DNA from: Clostridium sp. CAG:524
GTDB taxonomy: Bacteria; Bacillota_I; Bacilli_A; RF39; UBA660
NCBI GenBank assembly: GCA_000434555.1
Contig: FR880118.1
Coordinates: 133,885 to 197,884 of the forward strand
Direction: 5' to 3'
DNA length: 64,000 nt
Every line of letters begins with the position of its first letter. The stretch's first letter is position 1. Of the stretch, positions 32,027-41,136 are shown piece by piece. The translations under genes and the position numbers were made by a program. The notes beneath the pieces are model-generated. The model saw only the letters and a list, made by a program, of their open reading frames with translations. It did no database searches and was not told the DNA's origin.

Positions 32027-32845
32027 CTATTTATAATATGTAATAGATTTTAAACTACCATGAGTATGTATACTTTTAACATACTTATTATTAGAATAAA
32101 AATATTCTCCTAATATTGAACCACTATTTTCTTTTGAAGTAAGCATAATAATTGCATAATTTTCTTCTTTAAAATATTCAATAAATGCACCTTTAGCGGA
32201 TTTACTTCTTTCTTTAGCATCTACTGCTACCATTTTTATATTTTCATCTTCCACAACCACTTCATTGCGATTTGAATCAAGCGTCGTTATTAAAGTACCA
32301 TTGGTATACACAACATCATAATTTTTAATACGAGTTGATAGGCCCTGTCTATTAAATAAATTCTTTTGTAAAGTAATATTTACAGGTCTATTATGTATAA
32401 TTGCAATATAAGTGTTATCAGATTGTATAAATCCATTTTGATAGTTATATTCTAACAAATAATCGCAAACATTAAGTACATATAATTCATAAATATAAGG
32501 AATAGTAAAAACTAAAATTGGCAGTAAAATTATAATAGTATATTTTTTAGTACTAAGTTTTTCATAAGAAGTATTTGATTTTAATTCAATCTTTTTATTT
32601 ACACGACATATACCTATTACATATAGAATCCATGATATTACAAAAGTTGGAAATATAACTACACCATTCCATCCTACATCAACTAAACTAAATGAATAAA
32701 TATCAATAATATCAAGTAATAAATAAAATATTATAAGTTTTTTTAAACTCTTTAAATCAGTATCATTTTTAGATATTTTCTTTAAAAAAATTATTGATGC
32801 TACAAATAATATAACAACATTAAGATATATTGCACTTTTTAACAT
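32027..32845 (-). CDS. Membrane protein (four N-terminal TM helices + C-terminal soluble domain), unknown function
   Basis: Hydrophobic N-terminal 130 aa. No recognised domain. Confidence 0.4.
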   Translation of the reverse strand: MLKSAIYLNVVILFVASIIFLKKISKNDTDLKSLKKLIIFYLLLDIIDIYSFSLVDVGWNGVVIFPTFVISWILYVIGICRVNKKIELKSNTSYEKLSTKKYTIIILLPILVFTIPYIYELYVLNVCDYLLEYNYQNGFIQSDNTYIAIIHNRPVNITLQKNLFNRQGLSTRIKNYDVVYTNGTLITTLDSNRNEVVVEDENIKMVAVDAKERSKSAKGAFIEYFKEENYAIIMLTSKENSGSILGEYFYSNNKYVKSIHTHGSLKSITYYK

Positions 32846-32981
32846 AATTGTATTCCTACTTTCATTTAATTTAATTTCTATAGAGATTATATCATATAAA
32901 CAGTAACTTTATTTATAAAATATAAAATAGATCAACCAAATACGATCGATCTATTTATTTTAATCTTTGAAATTAAATAAT

Positions 32982-33401
32982 TTAATTATCTTTTTTATTA
33001 TTCATTTTTAATCCCATTACTAGGCCTTCTTTTTCTTTTTTCATTCTAGCTAATTCTTCTAATGTAGCATTTAATTCACCATTTTCTTTATTCAACGCAC
33101 ATATTTCTTCATTGTTATCAGCTATTTTACTTTTAATCACAGACATATGATGTTCTATTGTTCTAATAAAGAATGAGCCTACATAAGCATTTCCATAAGT
33201 TGCTTCATAGTTTCTACCATTTTCATCTATAACATTATAAATTTGTTCATACCATGCACTACCATGATATGATAAATCATTAGATTCTCTACTATTAACA
33301 ATTACTCCTTTTACAAATTCTCTTTCATTAGCTCCACGACTTTGTCCTTTAAAATCATAGAATATTAATACTTCTGTTCCATTTTGAATTATTTTATCCA
33401 T
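32982..33401 (-). CDS. Hypothetical protein with C-terminal coiled coil
   Basis: 139 aa. C-terminal heptad-like region (ELNATLEELARMKKEKEGL). Confidence 0.35.
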   Translation of the reverse strand: MDKIIQNGTEVLIFYDFKGQSRGANEREFVKGVIVNSRESNDLSYHGSAWYEQIYNVIDENGRNYEATYGNAYVGSFFIRTIEHHMSVIKSKIADNNEEICALNKENGELNATLEELARMKKEKEGLVMGLKMNNKKDN

Positions 33402-33497
33402 AATACAAAACCTCCTTATAAATTTATTGTATCACATTATTTTGATTATTACTATCTTGAGTGTTATTTACAATATTTTGATTTATACTGCTTTGGT

Positions 33498-34031
33498 TCA
33501 TAACGTTTTTCCACTTTGAATTCCATATTTATCACAAAGTTCTTCCATATTGATTAGACCTTGTTTATAAGCTTCAACTTTATTACAAGCTGGTAAGAGT
33601 TGTGCTATATCTTTATCTTTTTCTTCTTGTGATAATTCATTATAAGGTACAACAAGTTTTGGATCACCATAATTTGAATCAAATACCCAACTGTTTCTTT
33701 TTAACCATTCTTCATGTATATGTGATGCCATTTTATCTATATCTTCTTTTGTAAATTGTTCACCATTTAATACTTTTTCATATACAAGACCTATTGCAAC
33801 CCTTCCTGCTTCTAAATTTTCATATTGCCAATTAGAGGGTAATTCTTCAAATGTACAATTAGCAATATCAACTTCATCAGTGCCATGTGCTAAATTCCAT
33901 TCTTCATCTTTTGATTTTTTAATTCTAGATTCATATGTACCATCTTCTCTTTTTCTACTATTTCTCCATACTTCATGCATATCAGAACCTAATGAATATG
34001 ATAAAGCTTCTTTTATTGTTTCATTATCCAT
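33498..34031 (-). CDS. RyR-domain protein
   Basis: HIHEEWLKRNSWVFDSNYGDPKLVVPYNELSQEEKDKD matches the bacterial RyR-domain consensus (HE.W......GW.YG.....P.LVPY.EL.EE.K..D). A partial first repeat (MHEVWRNSRKREDGTYE) lies upstream. Confidence 0.45.
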   Translation of the reverse strand: MDNETIKEALSYSLGSDMHEVWRNSRKREDGTYESRIKKSKDEEWNLAHGTDEVDIANCTFEELPSNWQYENLEAGRVAIGLVYEKVLNGEQFTKEDIDKMASHIHEEWLKRNSWVFDSNYGDPKLVVPYNELSQEEKDKDIAQLLPACNKVEAYKQGLINMEELCDKYGIQSGKTL

Positions 34032-34047
34032 AATATTTCCTCACTTA

Positions 34048-35382
34048 TTACAATTTATATTTCTTTTTAAAACTTTCAATATATTTACTTCTCATATCAT
34101 TCATAACTTCACAAGCTACTTTTATTGATAAATCATTCATATTAATATTTGATGTATCAACAAGTATTAAAGAGTTTACACTATTTTCAAATAATTCTTT
34201 TAAATCTTTTACACTATCATTATATTCAGTAATATTTTCATTATTTAAAAATGATCTTTTCTCAAGTGCTAAACTTGAATTGTAATCTCTTTTTAATGAT
34301 GTAATTGGATCAGCATAAGTAATTACTAATACATCTATTAATTCTTTTGATATCTCTTTGTACTTTAACTGTAATTCATTATACATTTTAGTATCCATAT
34401 CATTTTTCTTATATCTAATATAATTCCATATTTGCCTATCATTAATACTTCTATCAACTATAATTATATCCTTTTTAGTATTAATTTCATCTTGTAATTG
34501 TTTTACAGTTTCTTCTATTATTGCTAAATTAGAATCTAGTTTATTTGAATCTTTATACTTTTGCTTAAATACTTCTTTAAAATATTTTGATGTAGTAAAT
34601 TCTTCTATTATTGATATACTAAATCCACCTTTCTTAAAGAAATCATATAAATTATTTATTGTAGTAGTTTTACCAGTTCTTGGTGTTCCACTAAACTCAA
34701 TTACAAATGATTTTTCAAGTGGACATAGTTTTTTTAATCTTTGAAGTTCCATTTTCATTGCGTTTAATTTTTTTAATTCATTATAGTATTCTTCATTATC
34801 ATTAAATATTATATTTTTTAAATAATCATCTTCAACATCATTAAAAACTATATCTAATACATTTTTTAATCTTTTAAATATTGGTAAGTTTTCATCTTCA
34901 TTATATATTAAACTTTTATATACATTTGTATAGTACCATTTTTGTTCTTTTTCACCACGCTTAAATGCACTGAAGTCACGAGTACCATTCTTTTCAAACT
35001 TAATCATCATATCTTCTAAATTATTTATTTTGTCAGCACATATCACTAATTTATTTCTAAGTGGTAATATTTTTGTTTCATCTATAGTATGTTGTTTTCT
35101 TTCTTCCCAAGAAAGTGATTTATCTGGTTCACTTGCGCCCATTACTAGAGAAGCTATGTCTTTTCCAAATTCTTTTTCAATATCTTCTATAGTATATTTA
35201 GTATCTTCTACTACATCATGAAGATAACCAGCAGCCACTACATTATCATCATAACCATATTCCTCTAATAATTCTGCAACACTAATCGGATGCATTATCA
35301 TTGGTTTATCTTTTTCATTTTTTCTTACTTGTCCTTTGTGTGCTTTAATCGCAAATTCTTTTGCTTTTTCTTTAATATTCAT
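34048..35382 (-). CDS. Fusion protein: RelA/SpoT-type HD (p)ppGpp-hydrolase domain (small alarmone hydrolase-like) + dNK/dNMP-kinase-like P-loop domain
   Basis: N-terminal HKGQVRKNEKDKPMIMHPISVAELL...AAGYLHDVVEDT is the Rel/SpoT hydrolase HD signature. C-terminal FSGTPRTGKTT (Walker A) and IIIVDRSINDRQIW (dNK-type DRS/ERS...DR lid motifs). Confidence 0.7.
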   Translation of the reverse strand: MNIKEKAKEFAIKAHKGQVRKNEKDKPMIMHPISVAELLEEYGYDDNVVAAGYLHDVVEDTKYTIEDIEKEFGKDIASLVMGASEPDKSLSWEERKQHTIDETKILPLRNKLVICADKINNLEDMMIKFEKNGTRDFSAFKRGEKEQKWYYTNVYKSLIYNEDENLPIFKRLKNVLDIVFNDVEDDYLKNIIFNDNEEYYNELKKLNAMKMELQRLKKLCPLEKSFVIEFSGTPRTGKTTTINNLYDFFKKGGFSISIIEEFTTSKYFKEVFKQKYKDSNKLDSNLAIIEETVKQLQDEINTKKDIIIVDRSINDRQIWNYIRYKKNDMDTKMYNELQLKYKEISKELIDVLVITYADPITSLKRDYNSSLALEKRSFLNNENITEYNDSVKDLKELFENSVNSLILVDTSNINMNDLSIKVACEVMNDMRSKYIESFKKKYKL

Positions 35383-35507
35383 ACTACCCTCCTACTACTC
35401 ACTAATTATATTTTATCATAATTAATAATCTAATAACATTACTATTTTAGTTAATTATTGAATAAGTATTATTAGTATTATATAATCAAATTGAAAGAAG
35501 GCAACAT

Positions 35508-35852
35508 ATGAAATTTCCTTATAAAATTTGTAAATTAACTAATAATGAAGTTAATATTTTTAATAAATACTTTGCTACTAAAGGTGAATTTGTTTTTGAA
35601 GGTATATGGTTTAGAAGTCAAGAAGAAGTAAATAAAAATGTATCAGGATATATTGACAATACTACTAGAAATAGAAGAACAATTCATTATAATCATGTGT
35701 TTTATGTTAAAGACAATTATTTAATGGTAAAAAGTTCATACATATATTTAAGCATTAGATTAAATAATAATGAATACGATAAATATCTAAACGACATAAT
35801 AAATACTTTAGAAAATAATAATTACATAAAAAACAATAATATATATATATAA
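35508..35852 (+). CDS. Hypothetical protein (114 aa), first gene of a three-gene plus-strand cassette
   Basis: AAGAAGG RBS. Stops 18 nt before the next gene. No recognised domain. Confidence 0.35.
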   Translation: MKFPYKICKLTNNEVNIFNKYFATKGEFVFEGIWFRSQEEVNKNVSGYIDNTTRNRRTIHYNHVFYVKDNYLMVKSSYIYLSIRLNNNEYDKYLNDIINTLENNNYIKNNNIYI

Positions 35853-35869
35853 AAGATAATCTAAATATA

Positions 35870-36691
35870 ATGATTAACAAGTATGATAAAAATCCTTATG
35901 ATGAAATAATTGATAATTACAAAACTGTTGATATTATTGTTAAAAGTGATAATTTAAATAATACTGATAAGTTATTTAATCAAGTATGGAATTTACAAGT
36001 TAAAGGAATTAGAGAAAGAGACACGCGTGGTAATCCTAAATATATTAATGATTTTAATGAACTAAAGGAATACTTTCCAATGGCTGTAGAACTAGGATGT
36101 GGACCTTCTATTGAAGCAGGTGTAATGCCATTATATAAATTACACGAAATATATAAAGTTCAAAGACATAGTGATGGAAAATTCTATTTTGGTACTAGTG
36201 ATACACTTATAAAACAAATTATAGAAAAAGATAATGTTAAATTTGATGAATTCTATGAAATCGTTGCTGAATGTATAAAAGCAAAACCAACTAATTTTCA
36301 TTATAATTTAAAGAAAATGTATGATAAGAAGTTATTCACTATGAATCTTTTTAACAATAATTTTGATAGGTTATGTAAAAGAATTGGTATTAATGAAAAT
36401 ATATTAAGAGTTTATAATATAGAAAATTACTTTCCTAAAGTTATTTTTGATAAGGATGTTAAAGCACTTTTATGTATAGGTACTCATGCTGATAGAAGAC
36501 TTATACAAAGACAAGCAAGAAATCAAGGACTAAAAATAATATATGTAGACCCAGAAGGATTTAATACTGATAATGAATTCTTTAAATATGAAATTGAAGG
36601 TGCTAAAGATGAAGACTATATTTTAAAAATGACAGCTAGTGAATTTTCTCAAGTATTAGAGAATATTATAAATGAAGAAGATGTCAAATAA
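35870..36691 (+). CDS. SIR2-like (sirtuin / DHS-like NAD-binding fold) protein lacking zinc-ribbon module
   Basis: VELGCGPSIEAGVMPLYKL resembles the sirtuin GAGIS.ESGIP.FR NAD-binding motif. KPTNFHYNL resembles P.N.H.ALA. TMNLFNNNFDRL resembles TQNID.LH. CIGTHADRR resembles the GTSL motif. YVDPEGF resembles NLEPT. No CxxC...CxxC pairs and no clear HG catalytic His. Confidence 0.4.
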   Translation: MINKYDKNPYDEIIDNYKTVDIIVKSDNLNNTDKLFNQVWNLQVKGIRERDTRGNPKYINDFNELKEYFPMAVELGCGPSIEAGVMPLYKLHEIYKVQRHSDGKFYFGTSDTLIKQIIEKDNVKFDEFYEIVAECIKAKPTNFHYNLKKMYDKKLFTMNLFNNNFDRLCKRIGINENILRVYNIENYFPKVIFDKDVKALLCIGTHADRRLIQRQARNQGLKIIYVDPEGFNTDNEFFKYEIEGAKDEDYILKMTASEFSQVLENIINEEDVK

Positions 36692-36757
36692 ATGTTTATT
36701 TAATGCTTTATTTCGTTATTTATTGTAAAATATTAGTAGTATGGAGGTATTTTATTT

Positions 36758-37225
36758 ATGGATATAAAAAGATGTACTAAAGAATCATTCGCTGTTATAG
36801 GACGTGAAGGTTCTACTTTAGATGGTAAAAATTTCATACAAAAACTATGGGATGATGTTGATTCTCATTTTAATGAAATAAGTGATTTAGCTTTAAAGGA
36901 TATAAATGGTAATATTGTTGGTAGATGGGGACTTACTTCTGACTTTAATCACAATTTAAAGCCTTGGGAAGAAAACTATAGAAGAGGACTTTATCTTGCT
37001 GGTGTTGAATGCAATATTGATGCTGATGCTCCATATGGATGGACAAAATGGATTATACCAAGTTATGAATATATTTATGTTGAAATTGAAAATAAAGATA
37101 CATTTATAAAAACAATATTTTACTTAGAAGAGAATAATATTCCACTTATAGGTGGAGTCAATAAGTATTATTCACCCATTACTAAAAAAGATTACTTATT
37201 TTTTCCAATTAAAAAGATTGATTAA
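36758..37225 (+). CDS. GyrI-like small-molecule-binding domain protein
   Basis: 155 aa. N-terminal ESFAVIGREGSTLDG...IQKLWDDV fits the GyrI-like / AraC effector-binding fold pattern (F.V.G.....I..LW..F). Confidence 0.45.
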   Translation: MDIKRCTKESFAVIGREGSTLDGKNFIQKLWDDVDSHFNEISDLALKDINGNIVGRWGLTSDFNHNLKPWEENYRRGLYLAGVECNIDADAPYGWTKWIIPSYEYIYVEIENKDTFIKTIFYLEENNIPLIGGVNKYYSPITKKDYLFFPIKKID

Positions 37226-37235
37226 TTAATTTTAA

Positions 37236-38183
37236 TCAATTTTTTCTTAAGAAATTACTATTTTTTCTATATTCTTTACTTTGTAATTTTTTATATCTAT
37301 TAAATTCTTCCTGTGATATTTCTCCATTTTCTATTGCTTGTAAAATTCTACATACTTTTATATTTTCATGTGTACAAGTAGTATACTTACATTCTTTAGA
37401 TAATTCTATTATCTTACTAAAAACTACATTTAAATCACTACTCATATCATTTGATGCTACACTTCTTATACCAGGTTCATCTATAACGATTCTTGAATCT
37501 TTCAAAATATATAGATTTCTACTAGTAGTAGTGTGTTTACCTTTGTCATCTTTATGTCTTATATCATTAGTTTTTATTTCATCATTATCAAGTAATGTAT
37601 TTATAAGAGTACTTTTTCCTACTCCACTACTTCCAATAAAGACTGCTGTTTCATTTTCTTTCCATACACTTTTTAAATCATTAATACCTTCTTTATTATA
37701 TGAACTAATTATAAATACAGGATAGTTAAATCTTTCTTCTATAATCTTTCTATAATTTTCTCTATCTTTTATAGAACATAAATCACTTTTAGTTAAGATA
37801 AATGCTATTTTAGAATTTGCTTTATTACCAAGTAATACTAATCTTTCTAGCCTTGCTATATTAAAATCATTATTAAGACTCGTCACTATAAACACTATAT
37901 CAACATTAGAAGCAAGTATTTGCTCTTTACCATTCTTATACTTTTCAGTAGTTCTATCAATAGATAGTTTCTTTAAAGTATTCTTTCTATTAACAATTTC
38001 TTCTATAGTATAATTATCGTATTCATCTTTATTAATTATTACATAATCACCAACTACTGGAAGTTCATCACGATTTTTCTTTTTTCTAATAGTTGCGGTA
38101 ACATTTTCATTATTGAATAGAACATTCCAATTATTTTTATTAACACTTATTACTCTACCAATATTATTCATATATTTCTCCAT
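37236..38183 (-). CDS. rsgA: Ribosome small-subunit-dependent GTPase A (RsgA/YjeQ), circularly permuted GTPase
   Basis: Permuted order G4 (LTKSDL) - G1 (GSSGVGKSTLIN) - G3 (IVIDEPGIRS). C-terminal zinc motif CKYTTCTHENIKVC. N-terminal OB fold. Confidence 0.8.
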   Translation of the reverse strand: MEKYMNNIGRVISVNKNNWNVLFNNENVTATIRKKKNRDELPVVGDYVIINKDEYDNYTIEEIVNRKNTLKKLSIDRTTEKYKNGKEQILASNVDIVFIVTSLNNDFNIARLERLVLLGNKANSKIAFILTKSDLCSIKDRENYRKIIEERFNYPVFIISSYNKEGINDLKSVWKENETAVFIGSSGVGKSTLINTLLDNDEIKTNDIRHKDDKGKHTTTSRNLYILKDSRIVIDEPGIRSVASNDMSSDLNVVFSKIIELSKECKYTTCTHENIKVCRILQAIENGEISQEEFNRYKKLQSKEYRKNSNFLRKN

Positions 38184-39066
38184 TTAAACAATGATTATTA
38201 TATTGTTCTAATGTTATATTGTATTTTGGCTTATTATACTTATGTATTTCTATATTATTAATATTATCTAATTCATATTTAATAAATTTATTTTTAACAT
38301 CATTCATTAATTCACTTTTAGAATTATATCCATGAATACCCTTAAATCTTTTCCATGAATTTTCTAACCAATAATATTTATTATCTTTTTCAAATATTAA
38401 GAATGTATGAGTATGATATTTACTACTTTTACCAATCATAAAATATGTTTCAATATTCCATTTATTCTTTTGAAGTAAAAATCTCTCTAACTCTACTTGG
38501 TCATAACATAATCCTAATTTAGTTTTTAATAGCCTATTTGGTGATTGTAAAATATAATTATCATTAACTAAATTATCTATTTCAGTATGCCTTTTATTAT
38601 CATTATCAATATATCCATATTCAATATTATCCATAATGTTAACTGTATCATCTAAAGTATAATAATTCCATATACCTAAATTACCTACTGCGTCTATCTT
38701 TATATCTAATGGTTCAATATCTTCAAGTACCCAACTATATCTACCAACTTCATAGTATCCACAAGTATATTCTTGTTTATTTTTTTCAATCTCTTTGATA
38801 TAGTCACTTGTCATGTAAACACAATCTACCAGTTTACACTTACATATTATTTTTCCATAACTAAAGGTATCATTATCAACTATATCCATTAATTCTTTAT
38901 TGCCTAAAGTTTTTTTGTCAATCTTAGATACACTTGCATGAATATATAATTCTCCTCTATAATTTGTCTTATAACTCCTTGTCTCAATAGACTTTTTCTT
39001 ATTACATATAAGAGTTGCATATGGTTCTTTTATACTTAATACTTTCATATTTCTCACCATATTCAT
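38164..39066 (-). CDS. ASCH (PUA-like) domain protein with C-terminal papain-like Cys-His region
   Basis: N-terminal MKVLSIKEPYATLICNKKKSIETRSYKTNYRGELYIHAS is a typical ASCH opening. C-terminal LGLCYDQVEL...KYHTHTFLIFEKDNKYYWLENSW suggests a Cys/His/Asp papain-like or transglutaminase-like core. Confidence 0.5.
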   Translation of the reverse strand: MNMVRNMKVLSIKEPYATLICNKKKSIETRSYKTNYRGELYIHASVSKIDKKTLGNKELMDIVDNDTFSYGKIICKCKLVDCVYMTSDYIKEIEKNKQEYTCGYYEVGRYSWVLEDIEPLDIKIDAVGNLGIWNYYTLDDTVNIMDNIEYGYIDNDNKRHTEIDNLVNDNYILQSPNRLLKTKLGLCYDQVELERFLLQKNKWNIETYFMIGKSSKYHTHTFLIFEKDNKYYWLENSWKRFKGIHGYNSKSELMNDVKNKFIKYELDNINNIEIHKYNKPKYNITLEQYNNHCLNGEIYE

Positions 39067-39157
39067 TATATCATTATGTAAAACATTATTCTACAAAATA
39101 TTTACACACGAATATAATGTAAAGTGTTAATATTTTTGTAAATAAATATAATTTATT

Positions 39158-39511
39158 ATGGAAGAAGAAATAAATAGACTTCGTTTTGAAAACAAGATAT
39201 GGATACTTTTTGCTTTTCTATGTCTATTAAATATTAGAGGTGATGATGATGATATTAACTATATCAAAACTAATAATAATAAATATAAAAACGAATCAAA
39301 TAATATTTTTAAATTCACATTGATATGTACTCTATTTATATATTTATATTTCTTTAGAAGAAATGTTAGATTTTATAATAAAGCAAATTCCAATCAAAAA
39401 GAACTATATAGTATTAAAGTATATGGTTCTCTCTTATTAATTGTTGGTGTTATTTTATTAATATATTTTCAAGTTAATCAAGATTCTTTTGAAGGTGGTC
39501 CTGCTTTATAA
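39158..39511 (+). CDS. Small membrane hypothetical protein
   Basis: Three hydrophobic segments, 117 aa, no homolog recognised. Low confidence that it is expressed. Confidence 0.25.
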   Translation: MEEEINRLRFENKIWILFAFLCLLNIRGDDDDINYIKTNNNKYKNESNNIFKFTLICTLFIYLYFFRRNVRFYNKANSNQKELYSIKVYGSLLLIVGVILLIYFQVNQDSFEGGPAL

Positions 39512-40999
39512 TTATTTATTCTCTAATATTGTTTTTAATGTTCTTGTAAGTTTAATACCTTCAATATTTTTATCTATATCATTTTTATCTTTCCATTCAT
39601 CAAATTCTTCAGTAGTAAGTTTTTCAGGCATTCCAAATAAGACATGTAGTAACTTTGAATCCAATGGTGAACTACCTATTACTGCTTTCTTTATTGATTC
39701 AGTATCAAATGGATATTTATCTGGTTCACTATAAAATTCTCTTTTTCTTACATTATACATTACTTCTAATAAAATCATCGGATCTAATGTTTGACCATAA
39801 AATAGTGATTGATATCTATCTAATGAATTCATTAAATTTTCAGTATCTATTGTTGTTGCTAAAATATGTCTAAAATCTTTTGGTGCCTTATTTGTAAATA
39901 TTATTTTACTAGCAAGTGCTTTTCCGTCTATAAGTATTGCTAAATCATTAAATGATTGTGCCATTTCTTCTGGAACACTTTCTAATCCTTCTGTTAATAT
40001 TATCTTTTTAACTCTTGGTGATAAATTTTTACTATAAGATGATAGTGTTACATCATTGTATTCTTGGTCAAAAAATCTAAATTCATCTTTTGATTTACAA
40101 AAGAATTTATATGATTTTAAATATGATTTATCTCCTTCACATTTCTTACTATCCCATGTAGGATCAAACATAAATACACCATTAACATGATATTTTTTGT
40201 CTTTAACATATACTAAACTTCTTACATGACCTTTTTTATTATTTTCTTTTTTGATAAGTTTATAATCCATTACACTTATACCTAAATTTTTAAGTACACT
40301 ATTAAATATAGCAACATATCCAGCACAAACTATTTTATCTCCAAATAAAACCGAAGATAAATCTCTTGATATTCTATCTGATTCGGTATCAAGTTCTCTT
40401 GTATATACTTTTTCTCTAACTAAGTCATAAGCATACATTATTTCTTCTAAGGGACTTAAGTTATGTTTTCTAATTGTTTTTACTATTTCATCTATCGCAT
40501 CTATTGTTTTCTTATATTCTTCAATATGTCTTTCAGTTTTATTACCATCAAAATATAAGTAAACATTTTTATATTCACCAAATAAGTTATATAACTCATT
40601 TCCTACTTCACTATCAATAGAGTAATTTCCATTTAAATGCATTGTTTTGGTTTTTAAAATTGGATTTCTTTCAATATAGTCTTTTATAGATTGTTCTGCT
40701 ACAAAAGATATGGAAGTTAAATCTTTTACCAAATCAGGACTTTCTAATATTATTCTTTCTATTATTTTTGAATTTTCTTTAAATAGATTACTACCTGGAA
40801 TATCATTATCAGTTAATTCATTTATTAACATTTTATTAACATTTATTTTTTCTAATGCTTCTTCTATTGGTGTATCTGGTAATACCGTTAGACCTAATAT
40901 ACACTCATTATTCTTTTCATCATAATATATTGGATATAGTGTTGGATATGAGTGTGTATCTTTATCATCTAATACTCTTATATCTATGGTATATTTCAT
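39512..40999 (-). CDS. Transglutaminase-like cysteine-protease-fold protein (495 aa)
   Basis: KIVCAGYVAIFNSVLKNLGISVM...GHVRSLVYV...FMFDPTWD reproduces the transglutaminase-core Cys...His...Asp arrangement (G.C..fA..f..l.R..GIP.R...HaW.EVy...W...DPT). Confidence 0.5.
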   Translation of the reverse strand: MKYTIDIRVLDDKDTHSYPTLYPIYYDEKNNECILGLTVLPDTPIEEALEKINVNKMLINELTDNDIPGSNLFKENSKIIERIILESPDLVKDLTSISFVAEQSIKDYIERNPILKTKTMHLNGNYSIDSEVGNELYNLFGEYKNVYLYFDGNKTERHIEEYKKTIDAIDEIVKTIRKHNLSPLEEIMYAYDLVREKVYTRELDTESDRISRDLSSVLFGDKIVCAGYVAIFNSVLKNLGISVMDYKLIKKENNKKGHVRSLVYVKDKKYHVNGVFMFDPTWDSKKCEGDKSYLKSYKFFCKSKDEFRFFDQEYNDVTLSSYSKNLSPRVKKIILTEGLESVPEEMAQSFNDLAILIDGKALASKIIFTNKAPKDFRHILATTIDTENLMNSLDRYQSLFYGQTLDPMILLEVMYNVRKREFYSEPDKYPFDTESIKKAVIGSSPLDSKLLHVLFGMPEKLTTEEFDEWKDKNDIDKNIEGIKLTRTLKTILENK

Positions 41000-41136
41000 A
41001 ATCGTTTTTATATAAAATAAAACCTATCTATACAATAGGTCTATTTTATAATCCCCCTTTTAATTATATTTTTCCATATTGTACCTAAGTACATTATATT
41101 AAAACATATATAGAAGGAAAAGTCAATTATTACACA

